DNA from: Chloroflexota bacterium
GTDB taxonomy: Bacteria; Chloroflexota; Dehalococcoidia; SM23-28-2; RBG-16-64-32
Direction: 5' to 3'
DNA length: 64,000 nucleotides
Assembly: GCA_037441345.1 (NCBI GenBank)
Contig: JBBISJ010000010.1
Coordinates: 2,549 to 66,548 of the forward strand
Notes under the pieces: model-generated
Databases searched by the model: none
Seen by the model: only the letters and a program-made list of their open reading frames with translations
What the model was told of the DNA's origin: nothing
Shown: positions 12,112 to 20,931 of the stretch, piece by piece
Numbering within the stretch: position 1 is the first letter of the stretch
How the letters are laid out: every line of letters starts with the position of its first letter
Translations under genes and position numbers: made by a program

Positions 12112-12962
12112 CCACAGGTTCCGACGGGCCGACGACCAAACCGCAGGGAAACGGCGGCTACACGCTCGAGAAATTTGCCGCGCACCCGTTCTACGAGGCG
12201 GTCAACCGGCGCCTGGTGGCGCTGACGGAACTCCACAAGGGACAGCACGTCGTGGATCTGGGCGCGGGCACCGGCGCGGTCACAAGGCTGCTGGCGGAGG
12301 AGGTGGCGAACGACGGCGCGGAAGTGATAGCCGTGGAGCCATCGGAATCCGCGATCGAGGCGGCCAAACGAAACCTGGAGAACATCCGCGGCGCCGTTGT
12401 TGCTTTCATCCAGGGGAGCGCGGAAAAGCTGAGCCAGCTGGTTCGCGGGCCCGTCGATGCGGTGTTCTTCTGCAACGCCATCCACCTGGTGCCGGAGAAG
12501 GAGAGGGTGCTTCAGGAGATCAAGCGGACGCTGCGCGAAGACGGCACATTCTCTTTCAATACGACGTTCTACCAGGGCGCGGAGCCTCCCGAGTCGGAGC
12601 AGTTCTATCGCCGGTGGATGATGCGGGCACTGCGCTCGCTGAAGGCGAACTACGGGATCATGCCGGACAAGACGCTGACCCGGACGGAGGCGCGACACCG
12701 GCTGACGGAAGAAGACTACGTTCACCTCCTGGAGGAGAACGGCTTCAAGGTGACCCGGAAGGAAGTCCTGCAGGTGGAGCTGCCGTTGAGCAGCTTCGAG
12801 AGCATCAGCGAGTATGGCCTCTGGATCGAGGGTGTCCTGCCCGGCGTCCCGCTGGAGGCGGGAGCGAATTCGCTGAAGATTGCCGCCCGCGAAGCGTTCG
12901 AAGAGCTGGGGCTCAAGTTCTCGCCCCGTAACTGGCTGCTGGTCGTGGCCAGCAGAGCCTGA
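12108..12962 (+). CDS. Class I SAM-dependent methyltransferase
   Basis: VVDLGAGTG motif I; ATGA overlap with coaBC. Confidence 0.88.
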   Translation: MTTGSDGPTTKPQGNGGYTLEKFAAHPFYEAVNRRLVALTELHKGQHVVDLGAGTGAVTRLLAEEVANDGAEVIAVEPSESAIEAAKRNLENIRGAVVAFIQGSAEKLSQLVRGPVDAVFFCNAIHLVPEKERVLQEIKRTLREDGTFSFNTTFYQGAEPPESEQFYRRWMMRALRSLKANYGIMPDKTLTRTEARHRLTEEDYVHLLEENGFKVTRKEVLQVELPLSSFESISEYGLWIEGVLPGVPLEAGANSLKIAAREAFEELGLKFSPRNWLLVVASRA

Positions 12963-13009
12963 CCCGGCGCGCCCCAACCGCCGCCGGCCAATTAAAGGAG
13001 GTATCACCT

Positions 13010-13405
13010 GTGGAAGACAGCAGCTGGACGGGCGAGGGAGTTGTGAACTCCATCCTGGACCGGATCCGCACCACTGCCCGGGTCGAGCTCGTGTACGGCG
13101 AAGAGCGCAAGGTGGCCGACAAGACGATCATCCCGATCGCGGCGGTCGCGTACACGTTCGGCGGCGGTGGCGGCGGCACGGGGCCGTCCCATAACGGGCG
13201 AAGTAACGGTCACGCCGAGGAAGCCCACGTGGGCACCGGTGGCGGAGGAGGCGGCGCGGTGCGCGTGCTGCCGGTCGGCGTCCTCGAAGTGACGGAGGAT
13301 GAGACGCGGATTGTGCCCGTCTTCGACTGGACACGGATCGTCACCACCGCCCTGACGGTGTTCGGGATCTGGATGGTGTTCCGGACGATCTTCCGCAAAC
13401 GCTAG
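13010..13405 (+). CDS. GerW/YtfJ family protein
   Basis: VYGE...KTIIPIA...FGGGGG...GGGGGGAVRVLPVGVL; AAAGGAGG RBS. Confidence 0.85.
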   Translation: MEDSSWTGEGVVNSILDRIRTTARVELVYGEERKVADKTIIPIAAVAYTFGGGGGGTGPSHNGRSNGHAEEAHVGTGGGGGGAVRVLPVGVLEVTEDETRIVPVFDWTRIVTTALTVFGIWMVFRTIFRKR

Positions 13406-14790
13406 AAGGCGGGACGGCGCTCGCGCCAGTCCGTCGCCTGCTCGTAGGCGTGGGCGGCGCGGAGGACAGTGGCCTCGTCCCACCAGCGGCCGGTCAGCTG
13501 GAGGCCAAAGGGGAGTCCAGCAGCCGTGAAACCGCAGGGAACCGATATCGCAGGCGCCCCCAGGAGGTTGATCGGGTTCGTGAAGCGGATCAGGTTCATC
13601 GTCACGGCCAGGTCCGATTCGTCGATGCGCGGAGCCGGGACCGCCGTCGCAGGCGTGGCGACCAGGTCGAACCGGGAATACACCTCGTCGCGCCACGCGC
13701 GTACGGCCATTTCGCGGAAGCGCTGCGCCTGGACGTAGCTGAGCGCATTCACGGTTGATCCGAGCTCGAGGCGATAACGCACGCTCTCCGAATAGTCGTC
13801 AGGGCGCTCCTGCATCCACTTCTGATGCACCGCCAGTGCTTCCGGCAGCATGATGCAGGTCACCCCGGCGGGGATGTCCGCGATGTGCGGAAGCGAGACA
13901 GGCTCGACGACCGCTCCCAGGTCTTCCAGAACGCCGATCGCTCCCCGCACGCCGGACTCGACGTCGGGATCGAGCGCATCGAAGAAGAAGCTGTCGGGAA
14001 CACCGATTCGCAGGCCGTTCACGTCGCTTGAGAGCGAAGCCGCGTAGTCCGGCACGGGCTCCGCTGACGACCAATCATCGCCGTCGTCGCGGCCGGAGAT
14101 CGCCTGGAGGATGAGGGCGACGTCCCGCACGGTGCGCGCCATAGGGCCGGCGTGGTCCAGTGACCAGCTGAGGGGGAACAGGCCACGCCGGGTTACTCTG
14201 CCGAACGTGGGTTTGAGGCCAACGACTCCGCATAGCGAGGCCGGGATGCGGATGGAGCCGCCGGTGTCAGTGCCGAGCGCGGCGAAACATTGGCCGGAGG
14301 CGACAGCGGCGCCGGAGCCGGAGCTGGAGCCGCCAGTGATGTGGTCCGCATTCCAGGGGTTGCGGGCCGGGCCGAAGTGAGAATCCATGCCCGTTGCGCC
14401 GTAGGCGAACTCGTGGAGGTTGAGCTTACCGAGGATGATGGCGCCAGCCGCGCGGAGACGTTCGACGGCTCCCGAGTCCGTGGCGGCGATGCTGCCGGCG
14501 AGGATCTTCGAGGCCGCGGTGGTCGGGACGCCCGCCACATCGAACAGGTCCTTGACCGCGACCGGGATGCCATGCAACGGGCCGCGGCGTTCGCCGCGGG
14601 CGATCTCGTCCGCGGCGGAGCGGGCGGTGACACGGGCCTTGTCCGCGAGGACGGTGATGAAGGCGTTGGTCCGTGCGCCCACCGCGTCGATCTGTTGCAG
14701 GGAGGCGTCCACGAGGTCGAGCGGCGAGGCTTCGCGGCGCTCGATTAGCGACGATGCCTCGGCGATCGAGAGCCAGTGCAGTTCGGTCAT
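13402..14790 (-). CDS. Amidase-signature family enzyme (GatA/AtzE-like)
   Basis: GPLHGIPVAVKD, GGSSSGS, GTDTGGSIRIPA (Lys-cisSer-Ser triad). Confidence 0.93.
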   Translation of the reverse strand: MTELHWLSIAEASSLIERREASPLDLVDASLQQIDAVGARTNAFITVLADKARVTARSAADEIARGERRGPLHGIPVAVKDLFDVAGVPTTAASKILAGSIAATDSGAVERLRAAGAIILGKLNLHEFAYGATGMDSHFGPARNPWNADHITGGSSSGSGAAVASGQCFAALGTDTGGSIRIPASLCGVVGLKPTFGRVTRRGLFPLSWSLDHAGPMARTVRDVALILQAISGRDDGDDWSSAEPVPDYAASLSSDVNGLRIGVPDSFFFDALDPDVESGVRGAIGVLEDLGAVVEPVSLPHIADIPAGVTCIMLPEALAVHQKWMQERPDDYSESVRYRLELGSTVNALSYVQAQRFREMAVRAWRDEVYSRFDLVATPATAVPAPRIDESDLAVTMNLIRFTNPINLLGAPAISVPCGFTAAGLPFGLQLTGRWWDEATVLRAAHAYEQATDWRERRPAF

Positions 14791-14978
14791 CGGGAAGGAG
14801 GAGCGACGAAGCGGGAGGCGGGCTCGAGAGCGCCGTAGTCGTGGCGGGCCAGGGTGGCGGCCGCCGCGGCGACGCCGGCGAGTCCGAAGGCCACCTGGGC
14901 CAGGCGGGCGTCGGGCAGCTTGAGGCCGGCGGATGCGGCCAACGCCGCCGCCCGGCGTGCAGGATCGTCCATCGACAT
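14787..14978 (-). CDS. Small putative amidase partner protein (GatC/AtzG-like)
   Basis: 63 aa helical ORF whose stop overlaps the amidase start; C-terminal EPASRF. Confidence 0.6.
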   Translation of the reverse strand: MSMDDPARRAAALAASAGLKLPDARLAQVAFGLAGVAAAAATLARHDYGALEPASRFVAPPSR

Positions 14979-15159
14979 GACTACAGGCTCACACTCTAGC
15001 AGCGATGGCAAGTGTAGAGAAGGAAGCGTGTTATGGAGAAAGAGAGTAATCGCTTTCGGGAATGGTTAACCTGAGGTGCGATAATTCGTTATCAGTTTCG
15101 ATAGAAGTGAGATTAACTACCTCTCGGTGCAGACCGGTGCCGGGAACAGGAGCGCCTAT

Positions 15160-15627
15160 ATGAGCACCAACCTAATGGATAGCTTCCAGAAGATGAGCCT
15201 GGGGGAGAAGATCGTCCTGATCGCCGGGCCGATCCTGCTGATCGATAGCTTTCTCCCCTGGTACAAGATCACAGTCGACTTCGGACTGGGATCTGTGAGT
15301 GCCAGCGCCAGTGGCTGGGAGGCGCCGGGGGCGATGTGGTCGATCCTGGCGGTGTTGATTGGCCTGGTGATGGCGGGACAGGTCGCCGTCTCCAGGTTCA
15401 CGTCGATCGAGTTACCGTCAGAGCTGGGGAACAACCTGACCTGGCCGAAGATCCACCTTGGCCTTGGCGTGGCGGCGGTGGTCTTTGTGGCCATCAAGTT
15501 CCTGAACGAGTCGAGCCACCTGAGCTTCGGGTTCTTCCTGGGAATCATCCTCGTCATCGCCCTGGCGGCGGGCGGGTTCCTGATGTTCCAGGAGGAGCAG
15601 AAGGGCGGCGCGTCCGGCGCCATGTAG
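15160..15627 (+). CDS. Four-TM membrane protein
   Basis: AGGAG RBS, FLPWY motif, four hydrophobic segments. Confidence 0.8.
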   Translation: MSTNLMDSFQKMSLGEKIVLIAGPILLIDSFLPWYKITVDFGLGSVSASASGWEAPGAMWSILAVLIGLVMAGQVAVSRFTSIELPSELGNNLTWPKIHLGLGVAAVVFVAIKFLNESSHLSFGFFLGIILVIALAAGGFLMFQEEQKGGASGAM

Positions 15628-15650
15628 GTGCGCTCGCAAGCCAGGCCAAG

Positions 15651-15679
15651 AACCGCCTCTCGGTACGGGAGGCGGTTTT
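15651..15679 (+). terminator. Intrinsic terminator
   Basis: AACCGCCTCTCG-GTA-CGGGAGGCGGTT hairpin followed by a T run. Confidence 0.75.
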
Positions 15680-15700
15680 CCGTTCGAGGGAGGCATCGGA

Positions 15701-16288
15701 ATGACGGTTGAGCTGTTCATGAACCGGCTACGGCGCCTCCTGCTGCTCGACGATTCGGTGTTCGACGAGATCAGGAACGATGTCGCGTTCACGCCCGCGT
15801 CCCTGGCGGCAGCGGCCGGTGCGGTGTTCCTGGCGGCGCTCGGGGCGTGGCTGTTCGGCGAAACGGTGCTGGACCGGGCACCGGACGGGTGGTTCGTCGA
15901 TACGGTGGTCCTCGGGAGTTTCTTTACGGCAATCCTGTTCGGAGCGGGCATGGCCGTGACGTACCTGCTGCTGGTCCAGTTGTTCCGGGTCGAGGACATC
16001 CCGGTGGATGACTACCTGCGCGTTACCCTGATCACTCACGCTCCTTATGCGCTCGGGCTGCTGGTGTTCGTGCCGGAGATCGGCTTCACGTTCGGGATTC
16101 TGTCTGTGCTGGGGACCCTCTTCTACACCATGTACGGCCTCGGAGCTTCGTTCCGCGACGTCAGCGGGACAGCCGCGCTGTTCTCTGTGCTGGCGGGAGC
16201 GTTGGTGTGGCTGCTGCTGATCCCGGTCATCTCCGACCCGGGGAGCGGATACGTGACCGGGGTCTTCGCGTACAGCTTGATCGACTAA
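15701..16288 (+). CDS. Multi-pass membrane protein (Yip1-like)
   Basis: GGAGG RBS, about five TM segments. Confidence 0.75.
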   Translation: MTVELFMNRLRRLLLLDDSVFDEIRNDVAFTPASLAAAAGAVFLAALGAWLFGETVLDRAPDGWFVDTVVLGSFFTAILFGAGMAVTYLLLVQLFRVEDIPVDDYLRVTLITHAPYALGLLVFVPEIGFTFGILSVLGTLFYTMYGLGASFRDVSGTAALFSVLAGALVWLLLIPVISDPGSGYVTGVFAYSLID

Positions 16289-16686
16289 GCGGTCTCGATC
16301 GGCTCTTCGCTGATCGCACCGTCGAGGATACGAAACGCGCGAACGACGGGCGCGGCGGGGTCCTTCGTCGAGACGAGAACGTAGTACGCTTCCGGCCAGA
16401 AGGCGAGGCGGACATCGGTCGGTGAGGGGTAGGCCTCGCTGGCCGTGTGCGAGTGGTAGATCGCGAGGAACTCCCAGTCGTTATCCGTACATTCGTTGTA
16501 GATGCGGAACAGGTCCCTGTCGTCCACCTTGTAGCGGTAGGGGCTGGCCTCGGCATTCTTCGCGCGGAAGAGCTTGACGGCCTCGCCGTTCGGCCCGGCG
16601 ATGATCCCGCAGCACTCGTTCGGCGCGTCCTCCAGGGCGTGCGCGACCATCTCCGCCAGGAACGACTCACGCAGCCGGAGGGCCAT
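16285..16686 (-). CDS. mec: JAMM/MPN metallopeptidase (Mec, CysO-cysteine peptidase-like)
   Basis: PNECCG, IYHSHTASEAYPSPTD (JAMM motif). Start at ATG 16686. Confidence 0.92.
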   Translation of the reverse strand: MALRLRESFLAEMVAHALEDAPNECCGIIAGPNGEAVKLFRAKNAEASPYRYKVDDRDLFRIYNECTDNDWEFLAIYHSHTASEAYPSPTDVRLAFWPEAYYVLVSTKDPAAPVVRAFRILDGAISEEPIETA

Positions 16687-17078
16687 TACGGTGACTCCAC
16701 CGGTACGACCGTGTCCGCCTGGATGAATACGCCGAAGCCGTCCTCGAAGTCGAAGGTGCCGGTTACCCGCGCGTACTTGTCTTTGAGCGCCGCGAGCTGG
16801 TTGCGGTCGTCCCAGCCGCGGATGATAACGGCGAAGTTGCCGTCGTCGGTGACCTGGTATTCGCCGTGCTCCTCGCTGAAAGTGACGCGGCCGGTGGTGG
16901 TGACGACCTTGCCCTTGAACTCGGCGATCCGTGTGGTGAGGTCGTGGATGGTAAGCTCCTGGACCGCCTCGGTCGGGCGGCCGCCGTCGTCCTTGATCAG
17001 GAAATAGGCGGCGAACACGAACGCTGCCAGGGCGAGGATGAAGCCGTACATCATGATCCGGCCGATCGCGCCTACCAC
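16686..17078 (-). CDS. Membrane-anchored hypothetical protein (possible OB-fold)
   Basis: N-terminal TM helix then a beta-rich domain; overlaps both neighbours. Confidence 0.7.
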   Translation of the reverse strand: MVGAIGRIMMYGFILALAAFVFAAYFLIKDDGGRPTEAVQELTIHDLTTRIAEFKGKVVTTTGRVTFSEEHGEYQVTDDGNFAVIIRGWDDRNQLAALKDKYARVTGTFDFEDGFGVFIQADTVVPVESP

Positions 17079-18010
17079 CAGATCTTCCCCTGCACTTCCT
17101 CGTGGGGCTGGCCCCAGTCCTTGGTCCAGAGCTCTGTCGAGAGGTATTTCCAGCCGCCGTCCGCCAGGAGCGCGACAACGTTCCCCTTTTCGATCCGCTC
17201 GGCGGCGCGGACGGCCACCTTGAGGACGGCGCCGGAGGAGATCCCGGCGAAGATCGCCTCCTTCTCCATGAGCTGCTTCGTCATGTTGAACGACGATACG
17301 GAATCGACGACGATGCGCCCGTCGAGAACGGACTCGTCAAGCACCGGGGGAATGAATCCCTCCTCAAGGGCGCGCAGCCCCTGGACCAGGTCCCCCGGGT
17401 GGGGGACGGCGGCGACTACTTTCACGTCCGGCAGGTGGTCCTTCAGATAGCGCCCCGTGCCGGTCAGTGTCCCGCCGGTGCCGAGACCGGCCACGAAGAC
17501 GTCCACCTGCGGGACGTCGCGCAGGATCTCCGGGCCGGTGGTCTCATAGTGGGCGCGCGGGTTGTTCTCGTTGCCGTACTGGTACGGCATGAAGTAGGCG
17601 TCTGGGTCTTCGGCCAGCATCTGCTGGGCCTTGAAGACAGCATCGTTGGTGCTCGTCGCGTTCTCTGCGTAGACGACGTCCGCGCCGAACGCCCGGAGAA
17701 GGGCCTCTCGTTCCGGTGTGACGTTGTCCGGCAGGACGCAGAGCAGCCGGTAACCTTTCGCCCGGCAGACCATCGCGAGGCTGATGCCTGTGTTGCCACT
17801 CGTGGGCTCGAGGACGACCTTGTCCGGCGTAAGCTCGCCGCTCTTCTCGGCGGCGTTGACCATAAACAAGGCGATACGGTCCTTGACGCTGCCGGTGGGG
17901 TTGAAGCCCTCCAGCTTGGCGTAGACGTTGACGTCAGGCGAGGGGCTGAGGTGGTTCAACCGGACGAGCGGGGTATTGCCGATGGTTTCGAGGATGGAGT
18001 TGCAGAGCAT
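17072..18010 (-). CDS. cysM: Cysteine synthase, CysM type (sulfur-carrier dependent O-phosphoserine sulfhydrylase-like)
   Basis: KLEGFNPTGSVKDR, PTSGNTG, GLGTGGT, ADGGWKYLS; adjacent to cysO-like and mec genes. Confidence 0.85.
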   Translation of the reverse strand: MLCNSILETIGNTPLVRLNHLSPSPDVNVYAKLEGFNPTGSVKDRIALFMVNAAEKSGELTPDKVVLEPTSGNTGISLAMVCRAKGYRLLCVLPDNVTPEREALLRAFGADVVYAENATSTNDAVFKAQQMLAEDPDAYFMPYQYGNENNPRAHYETTGPEILRDVPQVDVFVAGLGTGGTLTGTGRYLKDHLPDVKVVAAVPHPGDLVQGLRALEEGFIPPVLDESVLDGRIVVDSVSSFNMTKQLMEKEAIFAGISSGAVLKVAVRAAERIEKGNVVALLADGGWKYLSTELWTKDWGQPHEEVQGKIWW

Positions 18011-18025
18011 CAGTGGGCCTCTATC

Positions 18026-18051
18026 GGGCGGGCCTTGGGGCCCGCCCCTAC
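18026..18051. repeat. GTAG-type REP
   Basis: Minus strand GTAG-GGGCGGGCC-CCAA-GGCCCGCCC. Confidence 0.7.
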
Positions 18052-18065
18052 GACAACGACTCCGG

Positions 18066-18338
18066 CTAACCGCCCGCCAGGGCTGGCAACACCGACAGGA
18101 TGTCGCCGTCCTTCAGGCTGGTGTCGAGCTTCTCCAGGAAGCGGACGTCCTCGTCGTTGAGGTAGACGTTGACGAAGCGGTGGAGCTGGCCGTCCGTCAT
18201 CACCATGTCCTTGAAGCCGGGGTAGCGCCGGTCCACATCATCAAGTGCGTCGCGGACCGTGGCGCCGTCCGCCTTGACAGACTTCTGCCCGCCCAGCAGC
18301 TTCTGCATGTTCGCCGTCACCCGTACCTCTACAGCCAT
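18066..18338 (-). CDS. cysO: Ubiquitin-like sulfur carrier (CysO/MoaD/ThiS)
   Basis: FVNVYLNDEDVRF, C-terminal PALAGG. Confidence 0.88.
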   Translation of the reverse strand: MAVEVRVTANMQKLLGGQKSVKADGATVRDALDDVDRRYPGFKDMVMTDGQLHRFVNVYLNDEDVRFLEKLDTSLKDGDILSVLPALAGG

Positions 18339-18350
18339 TTCGTCCCCTTC

Positions 18351-19451
18351 CTAGGCGTTGTTCTCGTGGCCGCCCGGGAAGGGCGCGCCGCAGAAGCCTT
18401 CGTAGTCGATCAGTTCGGTGATTGTCGGCTCGTCGCCGCAGAGCGGGCACTTCGGATCGCGGCGGAGCTTGACGATCCGGAAGTCCATGGCGAGGGCGTC
18501 GACGAGGAGCAGGCGGCTGACGAGCGGCTCGCCGATGCCCAGGATCTGCTTCAGTGTCTCCGTCGCCTGGATGGAGCCCATGATGCCGGTGAGGGCGCCG
18601 AGGACGCCGGCTTCGGCGCAACTGGGTACCATTCCGGGCGGCGGCGGTGCTGGGAAGAGGCAGCGGTAGCAGCCCTGGCCGGGCACGAAGACGGTGGCCT
18701 GGCCGTCGAAGAGGAGGATGCTGCCGTCCACCAGAGTCTTGCCGCTCATGTAGCTGGCGTCGTTGACGAGGTAGCGCGTTGTGAAGTTGTCGGCGCCGTT
18801 GACCACGATGTCGTACTGGGCGATGAACTCCATCGCGTTGTCGGACGTGATCGGCGACTCGTGGACGACGACGTTGACGTCCGGGTTGTAGGCGTTGAGG
18901 GTCTCCTTTGCCGACTGGACCTTGGGCTTGCCCACGTCGTCGTTCTGGTGGAGGACCTGGCGCTGCAGATTCGAGAGATCGACGACGTCGAAGTCGACGA
19001 TGCCGATAGTGCCGACGCCGGCGAGGGCGAGGTATAGGGCCACCGGCCCGCCCAGGCCGCCGGCGCCGACGATCAGGACCTTCGCTTCCATCAGCTTCCG
19101 CTGACCGGCCGGTCCCACCTGCGGCATGATGATGTGCCGCGAGTAGCGGTCCACCTGCTCCGGGGTGAGGGCTGTAGCGCCGCCGGCGATCGCCGGGATA
19201 ACGGCCATCTCGTCGCCGTCGGCGACGGGCGTGGCCTTGCCCTGGAGGCTGTGGATCTCCTGGTTGTTCACGTAGATGTTGATGTGTCCTGGGATTTCGT
19301 CGCTGTCGTCGTAGATCATGTGGCGCAGCGCCGGATAGCTGTTGCCAAGCCCGTCCAGCACTTCGCCGACGGTGCTGCCTTCGGCCTTCAGGTACGTCTG
19401 GTTGCCGGTGAGCTTCCGGAAAGGTGTTGGTATGTAGACTGTAACCGCCAT
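18351..19451 (-). CDS. moeB: MoaD-like domain fused to MoeB/ThiF adenylyltransferase
   Basis: N-terminal Ubl domain ending AIAGG, then RYSRH, GAGGLG, DLSNLQRQ, CYRC, CPLC; no rhodanese domain. Confidence 0.92.
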   Translation of the reverse strand: MAVTVYIPTPFRKLTGNQTYLKAEGSTVGEVLDGLGNSYPALRHMIYDDSDEIPGHINIYVNNQEIHSLQGKATPVADGDEMAVIPAIAGGATALTPEQVDRYSRHIIMPQVGPAGQRKLMEAKVLIVGAGGLGGPVALYLALAGVGTIGIVDFDVVDLSNLQRQVLHQNDDVGKPKVQSAKETLNAYNPDVNVVVHESPITSDNAMEFIAQYDIVVNGADNFTTRYLVNDASYMSGKTLVDGSILLFDGQATVFVPGQGCYRCLFPAPPPPGMVPSCAEAGVLGALTGIMGSIQATETLKQILGIGEPLVSRLLLVDALAMDFRIVKLRRDPKCPLCGDEPTITELIDYEGFCGAPFPGGHENNA

Positions 19452-19497
19452 CGAGGTTCCTCCATTACGCCCGGCGGGCGTACCCGGCGCACGCATC

Positions 19498-20421
19498 CTA
19501 GGCCTCCATCTGCAAGTATCGCTCACCAGTGTCGCAGAGCACAGTCACCACGCGCTTGCCCTCGCCGAGGCGCTTCGCGACCTTGATCGACGCCCAGACG
19601 TTGGCGCCGGCGGAGATGCCGACCAGTAGACCTTCATCTCGGCAAAGGCGGCGGGACATGTCGATCGCGTCCTCGTCCGTGCAGGCGATGATCTCGTCAT
19701 AGACTTCGCGGTTCAGGATGCCGGGGACGAAGCTAGCGCCGATGCCCTGGATGGCATGGACGCCGGCGCGTCCTCCCTGGAGCACCGGACTGCGGGTCGG
19801 CTCGACGGCGACGATCAGTACGTCCTTGCCGAGCTCTTCGCGGAGCACTTCGCCGACGCCGGTGATCGTCCCGCCGGTGCCGACGCCGGCTACAAACGCG
19901 TCGATGCGGCCGTCTGTAGCGGCGAGGATCTCGCGCGCGGTGGCGCGGCGGTGGACATCCGGATTTGCCGGGTTCTCGAACTGCTGGCACATGAAGACGC
20001 GGTCCTTCTTGCCGCCGACCAGTTCCTGTGCCGCGTAGACAGCGCCGGTCATGCCTTCGATCGCCGGCGTGAGGACGACCTCCGCACCGTAGCGGGCCAG
20101 CAGGTCCCGGCGGGCGAGGCTCATGTCCTCCGGCATGGTGACGATGAGTTTGTAGCCCTTGACGGCGGCTACCATCGCGAGGCCGATACCGGTGTTGCCG
20201 CTCGTCGGCTCGACGATCGTGTCGCCCGGGGCCAGGCGGCCCTCACGCTCTGCGACTTCGATCATGTTAAGGGCGATGCGGTCCTTCACGCTGCCGGCCG
20301 GGTTGAGCGATTCCATCTTGCCGACGATTTCGGCGGACCCCGGCGGCACCACCCGGTTGAGCCGCACCATCGGCGTGCTACCGACCAGTTCCAGTACGTT
20401 ATCTGCAATCTTGTCTCGCAT
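19498..20421 (-). CDS. cysK: Cysteine synthase A
   Basis: NPAGSVKDR, EPTSGNTGIG, QQFENPAN, GVGTGGT, IQGIG, DTGERYL. Confidence 0.95.
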   Translation of the reverse strand: MRDKIADNVLELVGSTPMVRLNRVVPPGSAEIVGKMESLNPAGSVKDRIALNMIEVAEREGRLAPGDTIVEPTSGNTGIGLAMVAAVKGYKLIVTMPEDMSLARRDLLARYGAEVVLTPAIEGMTGAVYAAQELVGGKKDRVFMCQQFENPANPDVHRRATAREILAATDGRIDAFVAGVGTGGTITGVGEVLREELGKDVLIVAVEPTRSPVLQGGRAGVHAIQGIGASFVPGILNREVYDEIIACTDEDAIDMSRRLCRDEGLLVGISAGANVWASIKVAKRLGEGKRVVTVLCDTGERYLQMEA

Positions 20422-20429
20422 GGCAACTC

Positions 20430-20873
20430 CTAGATGATATATCGCGCCCCCGCCGGCTGAGCGGCGCGGTCGCGCTCCGCCAGGTCAGCGATGGTGACGT
20501 TTTCGAGTACGTTCTGCACGGCGTCGCGCACGGCCGCCCACATTTCACGCTGAGCGCAGCCGCCCGATTTGGAGCAGGCGCTCATATCGTCGAGGCAGTC
20601 GATGGGCACGAGGGGCCCTTCCAGCGCCTCAATCACTTCGCTCGCCCGGATTTCTCGCGGGTCGCGGATCAGGGCGTGCCCACCCTGGGGGCCGCGGACG
20701 CTGCGAATGAAGCCGGCGCGGCGCAGGGTGGTGAGCAGCTGCTCCAGGTAGGACTCGGGGATCTTCTGGCGCGCGGCGATCTCGGCGCTCTGGATCGGGC
20801 GGCCTTCGCCGAACCGGTGGGCCAGCTCGATCAGCGCCCGGATGCCGTAATCCCCTTTTGTCGAAACTCTCAT
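20430..20873 (-). CDS. Rrf2 family transcriptional regulator (CymR/IscR-like)
   Basis: STKGDYG, YLEQL, SVRGPQGG, three Cys, C-terminal YII. Confidence 0.95.
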   Translation of the reverse strand: MRVSTKGDYGIRALIELAHRFGEGRPIQSAEIAARQKIPESYLEQLLTTLRRAGFIRSVRGPQGGHALIRDPREIRASEVIEALEGPLVPIDCLDDMSACSKSGGCAQREMWAAVRDAVQNVLENVTIADLAERDRAAQPAGARYII

Positions 20874-20877
20874 CGGC

Positions 20878-20910
20878 TTTTCCGACTATCTCCGTCAACA
20901 ATCATAACAT
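20878..20910 (-). promoter_or_regulatory. Extended -10 promoter plus IscR type-1-like operator of the rrf2-cysK operon
   Basis: Minus strand TGtTATGAT overlapping ATTGTTGACGGAGATAGTCGGAAAA. Confidence 0.7.
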
Positions 20911-20931
20911 ACCCCATAGGGGTATCCGCAA

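Noticed and set aside
13010-13405. Evidence of sporulation from the GerW/YtfJ gene
   Set aside because: The family is widespread in non-sporulating organisms; no other sporulation genes are present.
13402-14790. gatA of the tRNA amidotransferase
   Set aside because: No gatB nearby, and GatA-specific motifs are missing (HEFAYG rather than DEFAMG).
16285-19451. Ubiquitin-like anti-phage system (E1 + JAB + Ubl, as in Bil or CBASS type II)
   Set aside because: No E2 or cyclase; the cysK/cysM/sat context indicates sulfur transfer.
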